A program made the translations under genes and the position numbers. Of a DNA stretch of 64,000 nt, positions 31,976 through 52,279 are shown piece by piece. The notes under the pieces are model-generated. The model did no database searches. It was given only the letters and a program-made list of their open reading frames with translations, and was not told the origin of the DNA. Within the stretch, counting starts at the first letter, position 1; each line of letters begins with the position of its first letter. The stretch lies in NCBI RefSeq assembly GCF_009914755.1, contig NC_060925.1; one strand, written 5' to 3'. The DNA comes from the human T2T-CHM13v2.0 reference genome, Homo sapiens.

Positions 31976-32500
31976 TGAATGAGTTGTGCTCCCAAATAGA
32001 GCAAACGGGGGCAATTCAACCCATGGTGTCTCATCTTCTGGAAATACGGGCTTGTGTTTTTTAATAGTATCGTCTTTCAAAGTGACTGTCAGGATTGAAT
32101 ACTTTCTGAGATTAGGGTTTTGAGAAATAATTTAAGGGGCAATAATTTCATCCATCCTCATAGCCAAAGGGCAGACTCTATGTTTAGAGAAGCAAAATTC
32201 TAGCCCATGATTCAGTGTATCAGTAAGACTCTGGAGAACGGGACTTTGTTTTGCAGTATCCAGAGCCATATCTTGTGAAGCTGGAAGCTCACCTTGCAAA
32301 TGCCTGAGTTTTGGGTTTAGGAAGCCTACAGCCGCATACAGGTGCCCTAATCCTGTGAAAGCATCTTTACACAGCTGATACCAAAAAGTTGTATGTTGTA
32401 AATGTTAAAAATTAGGTAGTCTTGATTCACTTGAATCATTAAAAAAGTGATTTTTAAAATATAATTCCATTTTAAGATTGAAACAAATCAAACCCCTTAG

Positions 32501-32719
<219 letters not shown>

Positions 32720-33210
32720 TAATAAGCAATTAAAAATGTTTGGTTTAATAGGGAATTGTTAGTACAGTTTAATAGTACAACTGTGGCTTCATTTAAATCA
32801 TCCCAGTATCTATTAATAGGTAACAAGATTCATTAAAGTGCCTTATAAAAACGAGTTAAAAGAGCATCATAGTTGAGTTTTGCATCTGGAAATCCATGTC
32901 CTATCTCAGCTCATTTTGACTTGTTCTGGTGCCTTTATAAACAGTGGCGCTCCGTTATGGTATGAACCAGTATGTGCTGAGCTTCAAAAAGCCGTAGTGT
33001 TGGCTATTGACTAGCTTCCTGAGTTTTCCTGTTAGTTTTTTTTAGAACAGAAGCCAAGCAGCAGAAAGGTTCTCACATACTTTTCTTGTTAGAAGTTCGG
33101 CTCTTGGAATCCACTGTTCATTTTATACAGCCGGGCTCAAAAGTAGACTTGTGGGTCCTTGGCACAGCAGCATTTGGGACTTATATCTGGCAGTACTATT
33201 TCCTGTCTGA

Positions 33211-33735
<525 letters not shown>

Positions 33736-33796
33736 TAGTAGAGACAGAGTTTCTCCATGTTGGTCAGGCTGGTCTCGAACTCCTGACTTCAGGTGA

Positions 33797-34196
<400 letters not shown>

Positions 34197-34830
34197 TAGA
34201 AATACATTCCCAGCCATGTTCACCCAGGAAGTGCCACAGAGGCCACTCAGTGAGAGACAGGTGGGCCCCTTGTGCCCTTAATATGCCCGTGGCCATGGAG
34301 CCTCTTTCCTAGGGCCCCTCCTCTGTGAGGCGCTTACTCCCTCTCAAGGTGTAGATGTAGCTGGAAGACAAGAAGGGGCCAGACACTGGCACTGGGGCTC
34401 ACACCTGCAATCCCAGCGCTTTGGGAGGCTGAGGTGGGAGGATCACTTGAGCCCAGGAGTTTGAGGCTGCAGTGAGCTAGGATTGCACCTTTGCACTCCA
34501 GCCTGGGTGACAGAGCAAGACGCATCTCACCCTCCAAATAAACTAGGAAGGGCACACAGAAATTGAAGTGGTGGAGATGGCAGTAAAGTTCCAGTGAGAA
34601 AATTTAGAAATAGTTGGTGAGGCTGGTCATGGTGGCTCTCGCCTATAATTCCAGCCAGCACTTTGAGAGGCCCAGGCAGGAGAATCACTTGAGGCCAGGA
34701 GTTCAAGACCCACCTAGGCAACATAGAGAGATCCTGTAGATGCTATATATATATTATATATTATTATACATAATTATATAATATATAATAATTTTTTGTA
34801 ATTTTTTTTTTTGTAAAAAAAAAAAATTAG

Positions 34831-35610
<780 letters not shown>

Positions 35611-36070
35611 AAAAATGTATAATTAAAAAAATAATGAAAGAAGAAATAATTGTTGAGAAATTTATGAAAGGATATGAAAAATTAGCATATCCTTTACAAA
35701 CCCAGATTGGCATTTAGAATTGAGGAAAGGTGTGTAACATCAATTTACTTATTTTGGTTAAGCAAATTCTATCAAATAATAATATGTGCAGTTAGTATCT
35801 CCTGTTCCACCTCGTAGCTGCGTTACCTAAACCATGCATTGACACGTACCTCCAAGGCCTCAAAGTGCCCACAGTGTGTGCTCCCACAGCATTAAAATGC
35901 ACCCCCTTAACATTTTATTTATCACCCCCCACCACTATTCCAGGCCTGAAACAGTCTTATGAACTGTCCGTGAGGCACTTGTTTGCTGAAACAGTAACTG
36001 AGCTGAATTCTTGTGGTGGTTCCTATGAACACCCGGGAAGAAACAGCCAGCAGAGGCCGCCTGAGCCTGA

Positions 36071-36166
<96 letters not shown>

Positions 36167-37010
36167 TAACTAGCACTTACTTAAATGCATCTATCCCCAT
36201 TTAATCATCATTCTGAGTAAATAAATGGTCTCAATTATATCTAACCTTAATTTTTAGAAGGATTTGCAAACAAGAATTAGGAAAAATGCTTATTATTCAT
36301 TGCCTTCACAAATTAGAATTTCACTAATTGGTTCTAATCAAAGGAAACTCATCAGAATTAAATATTTGTGAAGACATGAGTTATATTAGTTTTGCATCAG
36401 TGTATTAACTTGCTGTTTCTTTTTTTTCTTTTTCTTTTTTTTTTTTTGAGACAGAGTCTCACTCTGTCGCCCAGGCTGGAGTGCAGTGGCGATCTTGGCT
36501 CACTGTAACCTCCGCCTCCTGAGTTCAAGCGATTCTTCTGCCTCAGCCTCCCGAGTAGCTGGGATTATAGGTGCCTGCCACCATGCCCGGCTAATTTTCT
36601 TTATTTTTAGTAGAGACGGGGTTTCACCATCTTTTACGGGGTTTCACCATCTTGGCCAGGCTGGTCTCGAACTCCTGACCTTGTGAGCCACTGTGCCTGG
36701 CCAACTTGCTGTTTCTAAATGGAAGTTCTGTAGGATATGCTATAAGGATTAAATAATGTATTTTTCATTAGCATCATCTGTTTAAGGTCATTGTACCAAA
36801 GTACATGTAAAACTTTGTTCTCTGAAATATATTGTTGCCTCATCTCCTTTTTAAATTAATAATATTAAATTACTATGTAAAATTAACCTAACTGTGGGAA
36901 AATTTACAACAGATTCTGAATTAAAGGATTCAGAATCTTAAAGATTTTCGTTTACAGAAGGGTTTCATTATGTAGGCAAATGCAGGTTTTTTGTTTTGTT
37001 TTTTTTTTGA

Positions 37011-37307
<297 letters not shown>

Positions 37308-37585
37308 TAAATTTTTTTATTTTGAGATAATCATATATTCACATGAAGTTTTATAAGAAATGATACACAGAGATCACTTGTACCCATGACCCAGGTTCCC
37401 CCATTGGTAACAAGTTGCAAAACTATGATATAGGATCACAGGCTAGGTGTGACACTGATACCGGCAGGAATATGTGCATCACCACAGGGACCACTCAGGT
37501 TGCCCCTTTACAGTCATATTTACTTGCTTCTTATCCCCAGCCCTCCATTGCACCAAATGCAGGGATTTTAAGGCTGTATCTTTGA

Positions 37586-37732
<147 letters not shown>

Positions 37733-38229
37733 TAATTTGCCCCTAAATGCCTGATACAATAGTGTTCAGTCAATTCTTAGTGAAGCAGTTTTCATATGCT
37801 ATGTATGCTTTCTCAATAGAAACGTGGTAACAATGATGGAATTTCTAAATTGAGTAATTCCCTTTGGGAAATTTTCATTTGAATTCATTTAGAAAATTTA
37901 CTTGTGAACCCTGTATAATGTGGACTATGTCTGTACCAGATAATTTGAAGAATGAATAATTTGACCCTGGTGATAATGCGGAAAGTCTTCATTCATTAAA
38001 CTCCGGGCAGTAGACCGTGTCTCTTTCCTCTGAGACGCATTTAGCACCTGACATAGCAGTAGGTACTCAAGAACCATTAGGTGACTATGGAGTCATTAGA
38101 ATACAGGATAAAGAGTTCACTTTGCATGTCCTAAGTTGGACTTTATGGTTTCTAAGTATTTTACATGGGATTAAAAACCCAGGGTGTAGGAAAAAAATTT
38201 ACAAACCGAGTCTGGTTGATACCCCATAG

Positions 38230-38346
<117 letters not shown>

Positions 38347-38358
38347 TAAGATTAGTAA

Positions 38359-38655
<297 letters not shown>

Positions 38656-38714
38656 TAAGAAAGAAATTAGTTCACTTCACACTTAAGTGGACTTCACACT
38701 TAAACGGCACATTA

Positions 38715-38870
<156 letters not shown>

Positions 38871-39212
38871 TTAACCGGGCGTGGTGGCGCATGCCTGTAA
38901 TCCCAGCTACTCGGGAGGCTGAGGCAGGAGAATCGCCTGAACTCAGGAGGCGGAGGTTGTGATGAGCCGAGATCGCGCCGTTGCTCTCCAGCCTGGGAAA
39001 CGAGCGAAACTCCATCTCAAAAAACAAAACAAAACAAAACAAAAAACAACAGTAAAAGTATGTGGTCTTTCTAGAGGGGATTGCTTAGTGCATGATGAAA
39101 TTCCCTGCCTCAGATTAGAACTAGGGACATGCTTTCCTGTTGCTGGTTCAAACTTCTGCAAAAGTGGCATGAACGTACCGCTTTTCATTTATTTCCTTTT
39201 GCTGTGTTTCAG

Positions 39213-39365
39213 TGGTCGTTTTTCAATGAGCTAGAGAAGTTACCAAGTCTACGGGCTTTGTCCTGCCTAAGAAACCCCCTGACCAAAGAGGACAAAGAAG
39301 CAGAGACGGCGCGACTACTCATTATCGCCAGCATTGGCCAGCTGAAGACGCTGAACAAATGTGAG
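39213..39365 (+). CDS. TBCE: TBCE exon 12 ([23 protein letters not shown]...LKTLNKCE)
   Basis: tttcag|T acceptor; GAG|gtgagc donor; 153 nt. Confidence 0.96.
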
Positions 39366-40275
39366 GTGAGCACTGGCGTCATGACTAGATATTTTTTAGA
39401 CTAGAAAATAAATGATTTTAGGCCAGGCGCCGTGGCTCACACCTGTAATCCCAGCACTTTGGGAGGCTGGGGCAGGCTGATCGCTGCAGTCCAGGAGTTT
39501 GAGACCAGCCTGGGCAATCTTGTGAAACCCCATCTCTACAAAAAATACAAAAATTAGCTGCATGGTGGCACGCGCCTGTAAGTGCTTGTAGTCCCAGCTA
39601 CTCAGGAGGCTGAAGTGGGAGAATCACCTGAGCCCGGGAGGCCAAGGCTGCAGTGAGCCATGAACATGCCACTGCACTCCAGCCTGGGCAATGGAGTGAG
39701 ACCCTGTCTTAATTTAAAAAAAAAAAAAAAAGTAAAAAAATTATTTTTGAATATTGTAAAGGGGGTGAGATGTAGCTTTCCTTGGAATGGTAAAGATTAG
39801 CCTTGTGCAGTTTCATAATAGTGGTTCTTTTCCAGCTCCTCAGGAGAGAGTCCTCCACTTAGATCAGTGCAGTATCATTTGAGGCACACCAGGCACCGTC
39901 TCCATGTTTTCAGGGAATGTAGGCAGAAAGAACACAGACCACAGAGCTGCTTTCTCCTCCCCTTCTCAGCCACTCTTCCCCATAAAAGTGGGAAGTCCAT
40001 GCCTTGTCCTTGCCAGCACTTTTGTGCATTCACTGGGAGTCAGTCAGCTCCACCAGAGCAGGCGCCTCCAGGCAGACCTGGGGGAGGCGACCCAGGGTAC
40101 CTGGTGTAGTCCTGAAACTGGCCTATGCGCAAGTACTCGCATGAATTAAAAGTGTAGGCCAGGCACGGTGGCTGACACCTGTAATCCCAGCACTTTGGGA
40201 GGCCGAGGTTGGCAGATCATGAGGTCAGGAGATCGAGACCATCCTGGCTAACACGGTGAAACCCCGTCTCTACTA

Positions 40276-40533
<258 letters not shown>

Positions 40534-40662
40534 CTATATCTTGTCCCTCTCAATTTGATTATTTTCTGCATGTGCTATGGAGGAAGGACAAGGTGCAAAA
40601 CGCAAAGGACATGTTAGAAAAAAGCTTTGTAATAGGCTTGTTTTTATGTCACATGAACATAG

Positions 40663-40947
<285 letters not shown>

Positions 40948-41193
40948 TGAATGGACTATAGGCACTTTCCTGGGGCGAGGGCAGCAGGGCAAGAGCAGTA
41001 TCTTTCAGCAGGAGGAACCTGGGAGACTGTTTATGTTCTTGAAATGGAGAGGTTTGCATTTGGGGAAGGGAAAGCAATTCTTTTATTTTTAAGAGATGGA
41101 GTTGGCCGGGCGCGGTGGCTCAGGCCTGTAATCCCAGCATTTTGGGAGGCTGAGGCGGGTGGATCACGAGGTCAGGAGATCGAGACCATCCTA

Positions 41194-41544
<351 letters not shown>

Positions 41545-41651
41545 CTAATTTTTGTATTTTTAGTAGAGACGGGGTTTCACCATATTGGCCAGGCTGGTCT
41601 TGAACTCCTGACCTCAAGTGATCCACCCGCCTCGGCCTGTCAAAGTGCTGA

Positions 41652-42069
<418 letters not shown>

Positions 42070-42305
42070 TAGCCAGGATGGTCTCGATCTCCTGACCTTG
42101 TGATCCACCCACCTTGGCCTCCCAGAGTGCTGGGATTACAGGCGTGAGCCACCGCGCCCAGCCAGGGAAAGCACTTCTTAAATGTAGGTTCTTCTCTTGC
42201 ATATGTCCACCAGGTTTCAGGTGGCGCACCATGCTCCACTGTAGGAAGGGTAGGAAGCACTCCAGTTTATGTCTGAGGCATCCGTATATATATATTTTTT
42301 TTTGA

Positions 42306-42410
<105 letters not shown>

Positions 42411-43707
42411 TGAGAAGCTGGGATTACAGGCGTCTGCCACCATGCCCGGCTAATTTTTTGTATTTTTAGTAGAGATGGGGTTTCACCAGGTTGGCCAGGC
42501 TGGTCTCAAACTCCTGAACTCAGGTGATTCGCCCGCCTCAGCCTCCCAAAGTGCTGGGATTACAGGCGAGAGCCACCGCGCCCAGCCGGCATCTGTATTT
42601 TTTTAAAGCCCCCCAGGTAATTCTAGTGAATAGGAAAGTTCGTATGAGTGTAGTTCTGCAGTAAGCTCTCGTCCCGAGGGCTCGCTACCAAGGCTGGCAC
42701 TTGGCATGCACGGTGGTTCCTTAAATCCTCCAGCCTGGTTCTTCAGGCTTTGAAGCTAAGAATTCATGAGTCTTTGTCCCTGATGTACTTTCCATTTTGT
42801 TTTGATGACATTATTACTCCACATTTCGCTTTTATGTTATTTCCTTTTTTATATTTCTTAATGCAAGAAGCTCGCTGCATAAACGCTTCAGGCTTGAACA
42901 GTATGTTTAAGGAAGAAAAGCAGCCTAGAGGAATCACTTTCAAATGACTCCATTAGCCAGCCCAATCTCCTGGCCACGCTCGGTGAATTCTAAATCACTC
43001 GGGGGTGGGCAAGGGAAGATGTGAAGCAGCCGGGCAGGTATTGTTGAGTATTTCACTGCTAAGAATGTTAGAAGACAAAAGCACAGATAGATGGGGGGAT
43101 TTAGAGAAATGTTGTCACTGTTTGGCCTAGAGCAGGAAAAAAGTACTGCTTTCCTCCTCTCCTGTGGAGGCTGTGGTCCAGGCCTAGGAACTGGTTTGCA
43201 GTATGGTACTGAGCACCCAGCCTGGCACTGCACGGTCTGGTGGAAACGTGAGAAGTGTCCTGTGGATCGTGTCTCAGGTGGCACCAGGTTTCTGTCAGCG
43301 CAGAAAGAGAACTGTTACCAAAGGTGACACTCGGGGAAAACATTTGAAGTATTTGAAGGCAGTCTTCTCTTGCTAGTTTTGAGTCAGGACACCTAAGGAA
43401 CAATGATGTAATACACATGTAAACATGTTGCTTTTCATTTGTTGTCTTTTGTTGAGTTTCACTGGTCATTAACAATGAGCTAGATAAGCTACAGAGTCTG
43501 CAGCTCTGGGTAGATAGAAGATTCTGCCCTTGGAAGTGGTCGTTGTCCATCACTCCTAAAAATCACACTGAATAAAGGCAGCTCCATGTGTCCTGGGAAA
43601 GGCACAGGCTCTCTGGACGCTTACCTATCCTTTGTTTGTTTGTTTGTTTTGTTTTTACTTATAGTGGCCTTTGGTTTATCATTCATCTCTTTTGCTTTCT
43701 TAAACAG

Positions 43708-43776
43708 AATATGGTGCACCTGAAGATTGGGAACTCAAAACACAGCAACCACTTATGCTGAAAAACCAGCTACTAA
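43708..43776 (+). CDS. TBCE: TBCE exon 14 ((K)[22 protein letters not shown](T))
   Basis: aacag|AA acceptor; A|gtaaga donor; 69 nt. Confidence 0.95.
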
Positions 43777-43966
43777 GTAAGAATCTCAGATTCAAATAGT
43801 TTATTTGTATTTGAGTGCTTAGGTGCTGAAACAGTTAGTGTGTTTCTCTTAAGTGTGTACCTCTTAAGTACCTAAGTAAATGCCTTGAGTTTTAAATGAA
43901 AATTTTTTTTTTTTTTTTTGAGACAGAGTCTCCCTCTGTCTCCCAGGCTGGAGTGCAGTGGTGTGA

Positions 43967-44370
<404 letters not shown>

Positions 44371-44745
44371 TGAATTCTTTAAAACATGTTTAAATTCTTA
44401 TACATTTTTGTAACTCCTATGTTTTAAACTCATTTAATAGTGTTATAAATGTGGGAGGTATTGGAGTTGTGAACCAAATTGTGATTTGTGAATTTATGAC
44501 TTGAAAACCTAGCCAAGCTGTAAGGAAAGAAGTACTAAGTGGGGAAAAGGGAAAGTATTGTCCAGCTATTTCTGTTGTTGTTAGCAATCCATGGAAGGAT
44601 TAATAGAAAGAATTTTAAACATTGATTAGACCTGCCAATTTGCACTGAATACCTCTATCATTTGGCCATCTGTTGATGTGTGTGGATAATTTAAATCCAT
44701 ATAATAGTAGATATCAATTAGTCTTTTTCTTTGTTTCTCTTAAAG

Positions 44746-44805
44746 CACTGAAGATAAAATACCCTCATCAACTTGATCAGAAAGTCCTGGAGAAACAACT
44801 GCCGG
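44746..44805 (+). CDS. TBCE: TBCE exon 15 ((T)LKIKYPHQLDQKVLEKQLP(G)); ubiquitin-like domain
   Basis: taaag|CA acceptor; G|gtaaga donor; 60 nt. Confidence 0.95.
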
Positions 44806-45059
44806 GTAAGAAGAACCAGCCTGTCTTTTCCTTAAACTCTGAATCATCGGCCTAGGTATGAGTCAGCTAAAATTAAAACCTTTAACTCATGTCTCAAAGT
44901 GTGGACCTCAGAACTTACAGGTTTTCATTAGTCTTTTATATTCTAAAATACAATCAATCATGCTAATATCACTCCCCCATGCCCCCAAAAGTTCAGGTCT
45001 CCCCTAACTTTATCAGCTGAAAGCAGTTCTGTTAAAATTGGAAGCCCCTGCATATAATT

Positions 45060-45090
<31 letters not shown>

Positions 45091-47206
45091 CACACACACA
45101 CACAATTTTTTTTGAGACAGGGCCTCACTCTGTCACCCAGGTTGGAATGCAGTGGCACCAACTCAGCTCACGGCAGCCTCTGCTTCCTGGGCCCAAGCAA
45201 TTCTCCAGCCTCAGCCTCCACGTAGCTGGGACTACACGTGCGAGCCACCAACGCCCAGCTAATTTTTGTATTTTTTGTAGAGATGGGTTTTCGCCATGTT
45301 GCCCAGGCTGGTCTCGAATTCCTGAGCTCAAAGCCATCCTCCTGCCTCAGCCTCCCAGTGTTGGAATTAATTACAGGCATGAGCCACTGCAGTTGGCCTA
45401 AGTTGTATTTTTAACCAAAAAACCTGAGACCTTGAATGGCATAGCCTTTTGGAAGCATTCCCCAAGCCTGCTGCTGTTTCCAGGGAGACTGTGACACTGG
45501 GTTTGGGGTCTGCTTCTCATCCCTTCATAAGAGAGGAGCTGTGTCCTGGTGAACCAAATTCTTACGGGAGGTTTGTGACTTTGCTTACATTCTACTTCTC
45601 CTGACTGATTAGGAGTCCCTGCAAAAACAATTCGCAGATGCTCTTTTAATGGACACCCTGAAATGGTTTTCTTTGAGAAAGCTACCTTAGAACTTAAAAA
45701 AATTGTGGTACTGGAACTGAATTACTTTTATTTGGAAAATAAATATGCTTGTGTCAATAAAGTAGATCAACATAACTTACCTTAAACTTTCACTCAAAAG
45801 AAAAATGAAATTATAGTCTATTTTTGAGTATGCCATGATACTGTGAATTCTCAAGATTAAACTTGATTCATAGCTAAATGCTAAAATATAAATAATTTAG
45901 AGCAGTGAGGATTTAAATAAATGAAATACACATCAGCTTAATGACTCTAGTACACTGGGTTTCTTTGCCCATCAGTGCAGTAAATTCACATTGATTTTTA
46001 AATTAGTTTCTATCAGATAAAGCAAGCTTATCATGGTATTGCTTATAGAAGGCCTTAGTTGTGTTCAAAGAAGTACCTTTCTGATTGATAACCATCCATT
46101 TAATTTACCACAACGTCTCCATTTTTATTTATTCACAATCCAGTTTCTACTCCTGTAATATGTAATTTGGCTACTGCTATATAATGGGTTAGAATTAGTG
46201 ATTTCCCCCTTCATTATTCTGTTTTCAAACTTAGACAGACAGTAAAGGCCCTGGTGGAGACAGACTAGTCAAAGAGGGCCAGGACTGTTTTATTTTTGAT
46301 ATATTTTTTTCAGATGGGGTCTGGCTGTCACTCACGCTGGAGTGCAGTGGTGCCATCTCAGCTCACTGCAGGCTCCATCACCTTGATCCCGGGCTCAAGT
46401 GATCCTCCTACCTCAGCCTCCTGAGTAGCTGGGACTATAGGCACGAACCACCACACCCCGCTAATTTTTTTGATTTTTAGTAGAGATGAAGCCTCGCTAT
46501 GTTGCTAAGGCTGGCCTCAAACTCCTGAGCTCAAGCAGTTCTCCTGTCATCACCTCCCAAAGTGCTGGGGTTATAGGTGTGAGCCACCATGCCTGGCAGG
46601 CCAGGACTTTCTGTGAATGTTTTTGGCCTTCGATGTCTTTGCGTGTTTCCTTTTGCCTTTGCAGATACATCAAATCAATTCATGGGAATGTTACCACTAT
46701 AGAGTATTTGCTCAAGAATATTGTCATTAGACCTGTTTCGTTAAGCTTTCCTTTTCAGTCTTTCTCTGGAAGGCACTGAGGTAGACCTGCCAAGGCCTGC
46801 CGTCTGGGCATATGCCTGAATGCAGCCCTTGGCTGGGGGTGACAGTGCCGCCTTACCCTTCTCTACTTCCACACTGTACACCTGACTGGTATCCCAGGTC
46901 TTCTGAGATTCAGTTAGCCATTTTGGGAACACCCACTGCATTCATGCTGTTTTTATTAATCTTTGGGTAGCTAGCAGAGATTCGACTATCCATAGAAATT
47001 ATATGTAAGAATTACTACTTTAAACTATTCAGAATCTGAGTCCTATATTCTATAAATTCAGCAGTAAGCCAGCAGATTACAAGGGTTCCTTTTTTTCCCC
47101 TTTTTTATTTGCTTTTCTGTTTCTCAAATGTGCACTCACTCACTCACTCATACAAAGGTTCTTAATACTAATTCTTATGCCACATGCTGTGAATATTTAA
47201 CCACTA

Positions 47207-47570
<364 letters not shown>

Positions 47571-47835
47571 TTATCCATTAGATTAGCAAAATTAAAATAA
47601 TACTGGCTGGCATGAAAAAGCAGTATACCCTTTTTTAAAGTCATGTGGGAACTACTATAAAAAGTTAAAAATACACATATGCTCTGACCAAGCATTGTAT
47701 CTTGCAGCATTTGTAATGGTAAAGATAGTAAGAATCTAAGTACTTGCCAGCGGAGGAATGGTGAATAAGCTCTGGTGGAACCACACAGCACACAAGGCAC
47801 TGTCGTGTGTCACCGAGGAGAGTGAAGCAGTCTAG

Positions 47836-47982
47836 AGCTGCGCTGTCCAGTGTGGCTGCAATAACCACATGTGGCTATTTAAATTCATTAAAATAAAATA
47901 AATTGAGTTCTTCAGTCATACTCGCCGCTTTCCAGGTGCTCAGTACCACATGTGGCTGCCATACTGGGCAGTGTATGGCTAG
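47836..47982. mobile_element. MER3-like hAT-Charlie MITE
   Basis: gcgctgtccag...ccacatgtggcta...ccacatgtggct...ctgggcagtg quasi-palindrome. Confidence 0.7.
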
Positions 47983-48134
47983 AGGACATGGCATGGAATT
48001 GGCATGAAAAGCTATACCATCATGTCATAAAGAAATACAAATGTAGTACGTCAATATATTATAAAACCTATACATCCTTTTTTTTTTGAGACGGAGTCTC
48101 ATTCTGTCACCCAGGCTAGAGTGCAGTGGCATGA

Positions 48135-48413
<279 letters not shown>

Positions 48414-49108
48414 TAGAGGTATACCTCTCAAATTTTTAACACTGGTCATAGGCAGGTAAAAAGAAATAATCAGCTATTTCCATATTTTCTGAATGTTAAG
48501 ACAGTCATGTTACTATATTAAAAATGGTAATGCTATTTATTACATAGAGATTGCTACTTTCTTCTATAGAACCGGTATGAGTAGGCAGGTTTTTTTTTTT
48601 TTTTTGAGACAGGTTCTCACTTTGTTACCCAGGCTGGATGGAGTACAGTGGCGCGATCATGGCTCACTGTAGCCTTGACCTCCTGGGCTCAAGTGATCCT
48701 CCCAAGTAGCTGGGACTAGAGGCGTACATCGCTATGCTTGGCTAATTTTTTATTTTTTGTAGAGATGGGGTATCCTCATGTTGCCCAGGCTGGTCTCAAA
48801 TTCCTGGGCTCTGATCCCTCTGCCTCCCAAAGTGCTGGGGTTACAGGTGTGAGCAGGCCAGGCAGATTTCTTATTAGAACTGTTTTATGACCAAACTTTT
48901 TGTTTCTGGCATGTGTTAGGAGTATGTCACTCCCCACTGGTGTGCAGCAGGTAACCCCTTCTCTCACCAGCCTTCAAACAATGAAAGCCAGTCCGTCTCA
49001 ATCTTTTGAAAGGACTAGACTATCACATATTCACACATGAAAGAGCAAATTGTTAATTAAAATTATAAATTCTATTAACTGTATTCAATACATACAAAAA
49101 GGCCAGTT

Positions 49109-49135
49109 TTTATTCTAAAATAAAGAACATTTATT
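49109..49135 (-). terminator. B3GALNT2: Candidate distal B3GALNT2 polyadenylation signals
   Basis: Minus-strand AATAAA (TTTATT on +) at 49109-49114 and 49130-49135, ~3 kb past the stop; others at 49615, 49647, 50613, 50886, 51364. Confidence 0.55.
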
Positions 49136-49987
49136 ATCACAAGTTGGATAAAAACACACAGCTTTTACAAAAATGATTTTTGATAGAAAAATATGTTTGA
49201 ATACACTGTGATATTTGTAGGAACACCACACTATTGCTGTATCTCCAGCTAAAGCTTCAAGGAAACTCTATTTCTTATAATCAAAATATCCACTATTTAC
49301 CACAACCCGTCTTTGGAAAGAAGTTCATAGTGTATTCTGAACAAACCAAAGCATTTACTCGGAAGTTACATTCCCATGCCTGGCAGTCACTTGTGTATGT
49401 TTAATACAGTTACACATGATGTAATTACAGAATGGCGGCGCTGGAAGGGACCTTGTAGATCATTTAGTTGGCACCCTAATTTTACAGAGGGGGAACTAAG
49501 GCCAGAGTTGAGAGATGTCCTCAGGATACCTGAGTCCCATTCCAGTGTTCGTTCAGTAATTCATAAGGAAGTCATCATAAAGGTTTAAAAAGAAAACGTT
49601 AATGACTCGCTCCCTTTATTCTTCTGTGCTGAGAGTATCATTCTGGTTTATTCAGATTAAGAAAGAAATACACTACTGAAATGGTATGAAACTCACTGTC
49701 AAAGGGCACTTAGGTCCGTTGGCTCCGTTTCCCACAGTTCCCCAAATGAACAGGTGGTACAAGACTCAGGCTTTCCCCTAATTACTTACTTGGGTAAAGT
49801 GACTTGGGTAAAATGAAAGATACAGCCAGGCGCTGGGCTCATGCTTGTAATCCCAGCACTTTGCGGGGCCAAGGCGGGCGGATCACGAGGTCAGGAGTTC
49901 AAGACCAGCCTGGCCAACATGGTGAAACCCCGTCTCTACTAAAAATACAAAAGTTAGCTGGGTGTGGTGATGGGCACCAGCTACTCA

Positions 49988-50089
<102 letters not shown>

Positions 50090-50181
50090 TTAAGTAAGTA
50101 AGTAAGTCAGTCTCAAAAAAAAAAAAAAAAAAAAGACAGATACAGCTATCATTGCAATGATACTGTGGTCTCATCACATGA

Positions 50182-50403
<222 letters not shown>

Positions 50404-50563
50404 TAGATAGCAACAGTTTGATTCTAAATGGAGACCATGGGTCTGTTTGTTTGATTTTAAGGGTAAGCTACTGCCTGGGGACGGGGTGGGGGAAGAGTAT
50501 GTGTAGCATGCTTTATCGGATCTGTCTTAATCACATCCTTCCCCACCTTCGTTCTAATTTTAG

Positions 50564-50656
<93 letters not shown>

Positions 50657-50665
50657 CAACCAACT

Positions 50666-50963
50666 AATAAAATTTAAAGACCACACTGCTTATCGTGTCT
50701 GGGGTTCACCGGAAATAAATGATTCACTGGAACAATTCTACTGTCAAAACAAAGGGGGTTTACAACTTGTCCTAAGTATAACAAGGGATGTATTTTTTGT
50801 TGGGAAGTGACCATTTCTAGGCTTATACATAATAGCAATAATAAAGGCTTTGAACCTACTAATGATTTTCTGATCTTATTTCATATTTATTTTTACAGTT
50901 CATCACTGCATTTCATGATAAGATTTAAATATTAAATAGAAAGAAACTAGCTAGCCTAATAAA
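50666..50963 (+). terminator. TBCE: Cluster of candidate proximal TBCE polyadenylation signals
   Basis: AATAAA at 50666, 50714, 50840 and 50958; more distal AATAAA at 51886 and ATTAAA at 54313; usage cannot be determined from sequence. Confidence 0.6.
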
Positions 50964-52099
50964 ATCTGAACACAGTTAATATCTGTCATAAGACTAGTTT
51001 TAATGGAATTCTCTATTGAAACTACTATTTTAAAGGGTTACTAGAAATGATTTGGTTGGTCATTTTGGGAAATGTCCCTTAAACTTGGGGAGACATCCTC
51101 TACTATGTATAACAATATGCTATTATCTGTCTTCTCAGTTGCACTATTTCTAAGAGTACTTAAATTAATCACATGCTTTTCCCTACAATTATACCTAAGC
51201 TGAGTATATCTTCTTCTGTGATAACCAGCTTTGATTGAAATGTACTCATATTAGGTAAACATTAGGCAATGATAGGAGGAAAGCAAAACTAATTCTTTCA
51301 AAATGTCAACAAAATTTAGAAATATCCTTCCCGATGGCACTAAAACCCTGAGAGGTATTTGCTTTTATTCATACTCACACAACTTTAGCATTTAAAAACT
51401 ATGAGTACTAAACTGTGACCTTCAGGATTTATGTTAGATGGCAGAAAGAAAATTTGGGTATTAGTCTACCATATAAATGAACTTCTTTAAAACCAAGGTT
51501 CAGAACTGAGAATCATATTGGTTCCTCTTCAAGTTAGTTCAAGTTGCCCACTTCAGAGATCCACAAAATCTGACATTATTTCCAGAAACCCCAAACTTTG
51601 GTATAAGTGACCACTGCTCAAATATGTGATCACATGATCACACAGCATTCCTGTGAGTTCCTTTTTGTCTGATAATTATCCTAATTAGCTCTACAGAGCT
51701 ATCCTGCAATCCAGGTTGAAATTCAAACTCTCAGTTACTACTACAGATTTCTGAACTAGGCCAAGTTTTAACCAAAAACTATAGGTAATGGTGAATTACT
51801 AATTAGCCACAATGCATCAGGATTTAGAAATATTTTTTCTTTTATAAAATAACTTGGTATTTTTCTGATAATCTTCCAATAGATAAATAAAAACTTTTCT
51901 TATGCTACAGTACAAGTTGATTTTTAAGGAAATTTGTGCAAACATTAAGAAACACCGCATTGGTTCTGGGTGAAAGTGCCAGTCTGGAACTCTCTTGAAA
52001 GACCATACAGTCTACTGCTAAACCCTGGGACTCCTCAGACTTGCACTCAGATTATCGTTTGCCTGCCCTGATTTTAGACTCTGCTAATTCAAGTCCCTG

Positions 52100-52279
<180 letters not shown>
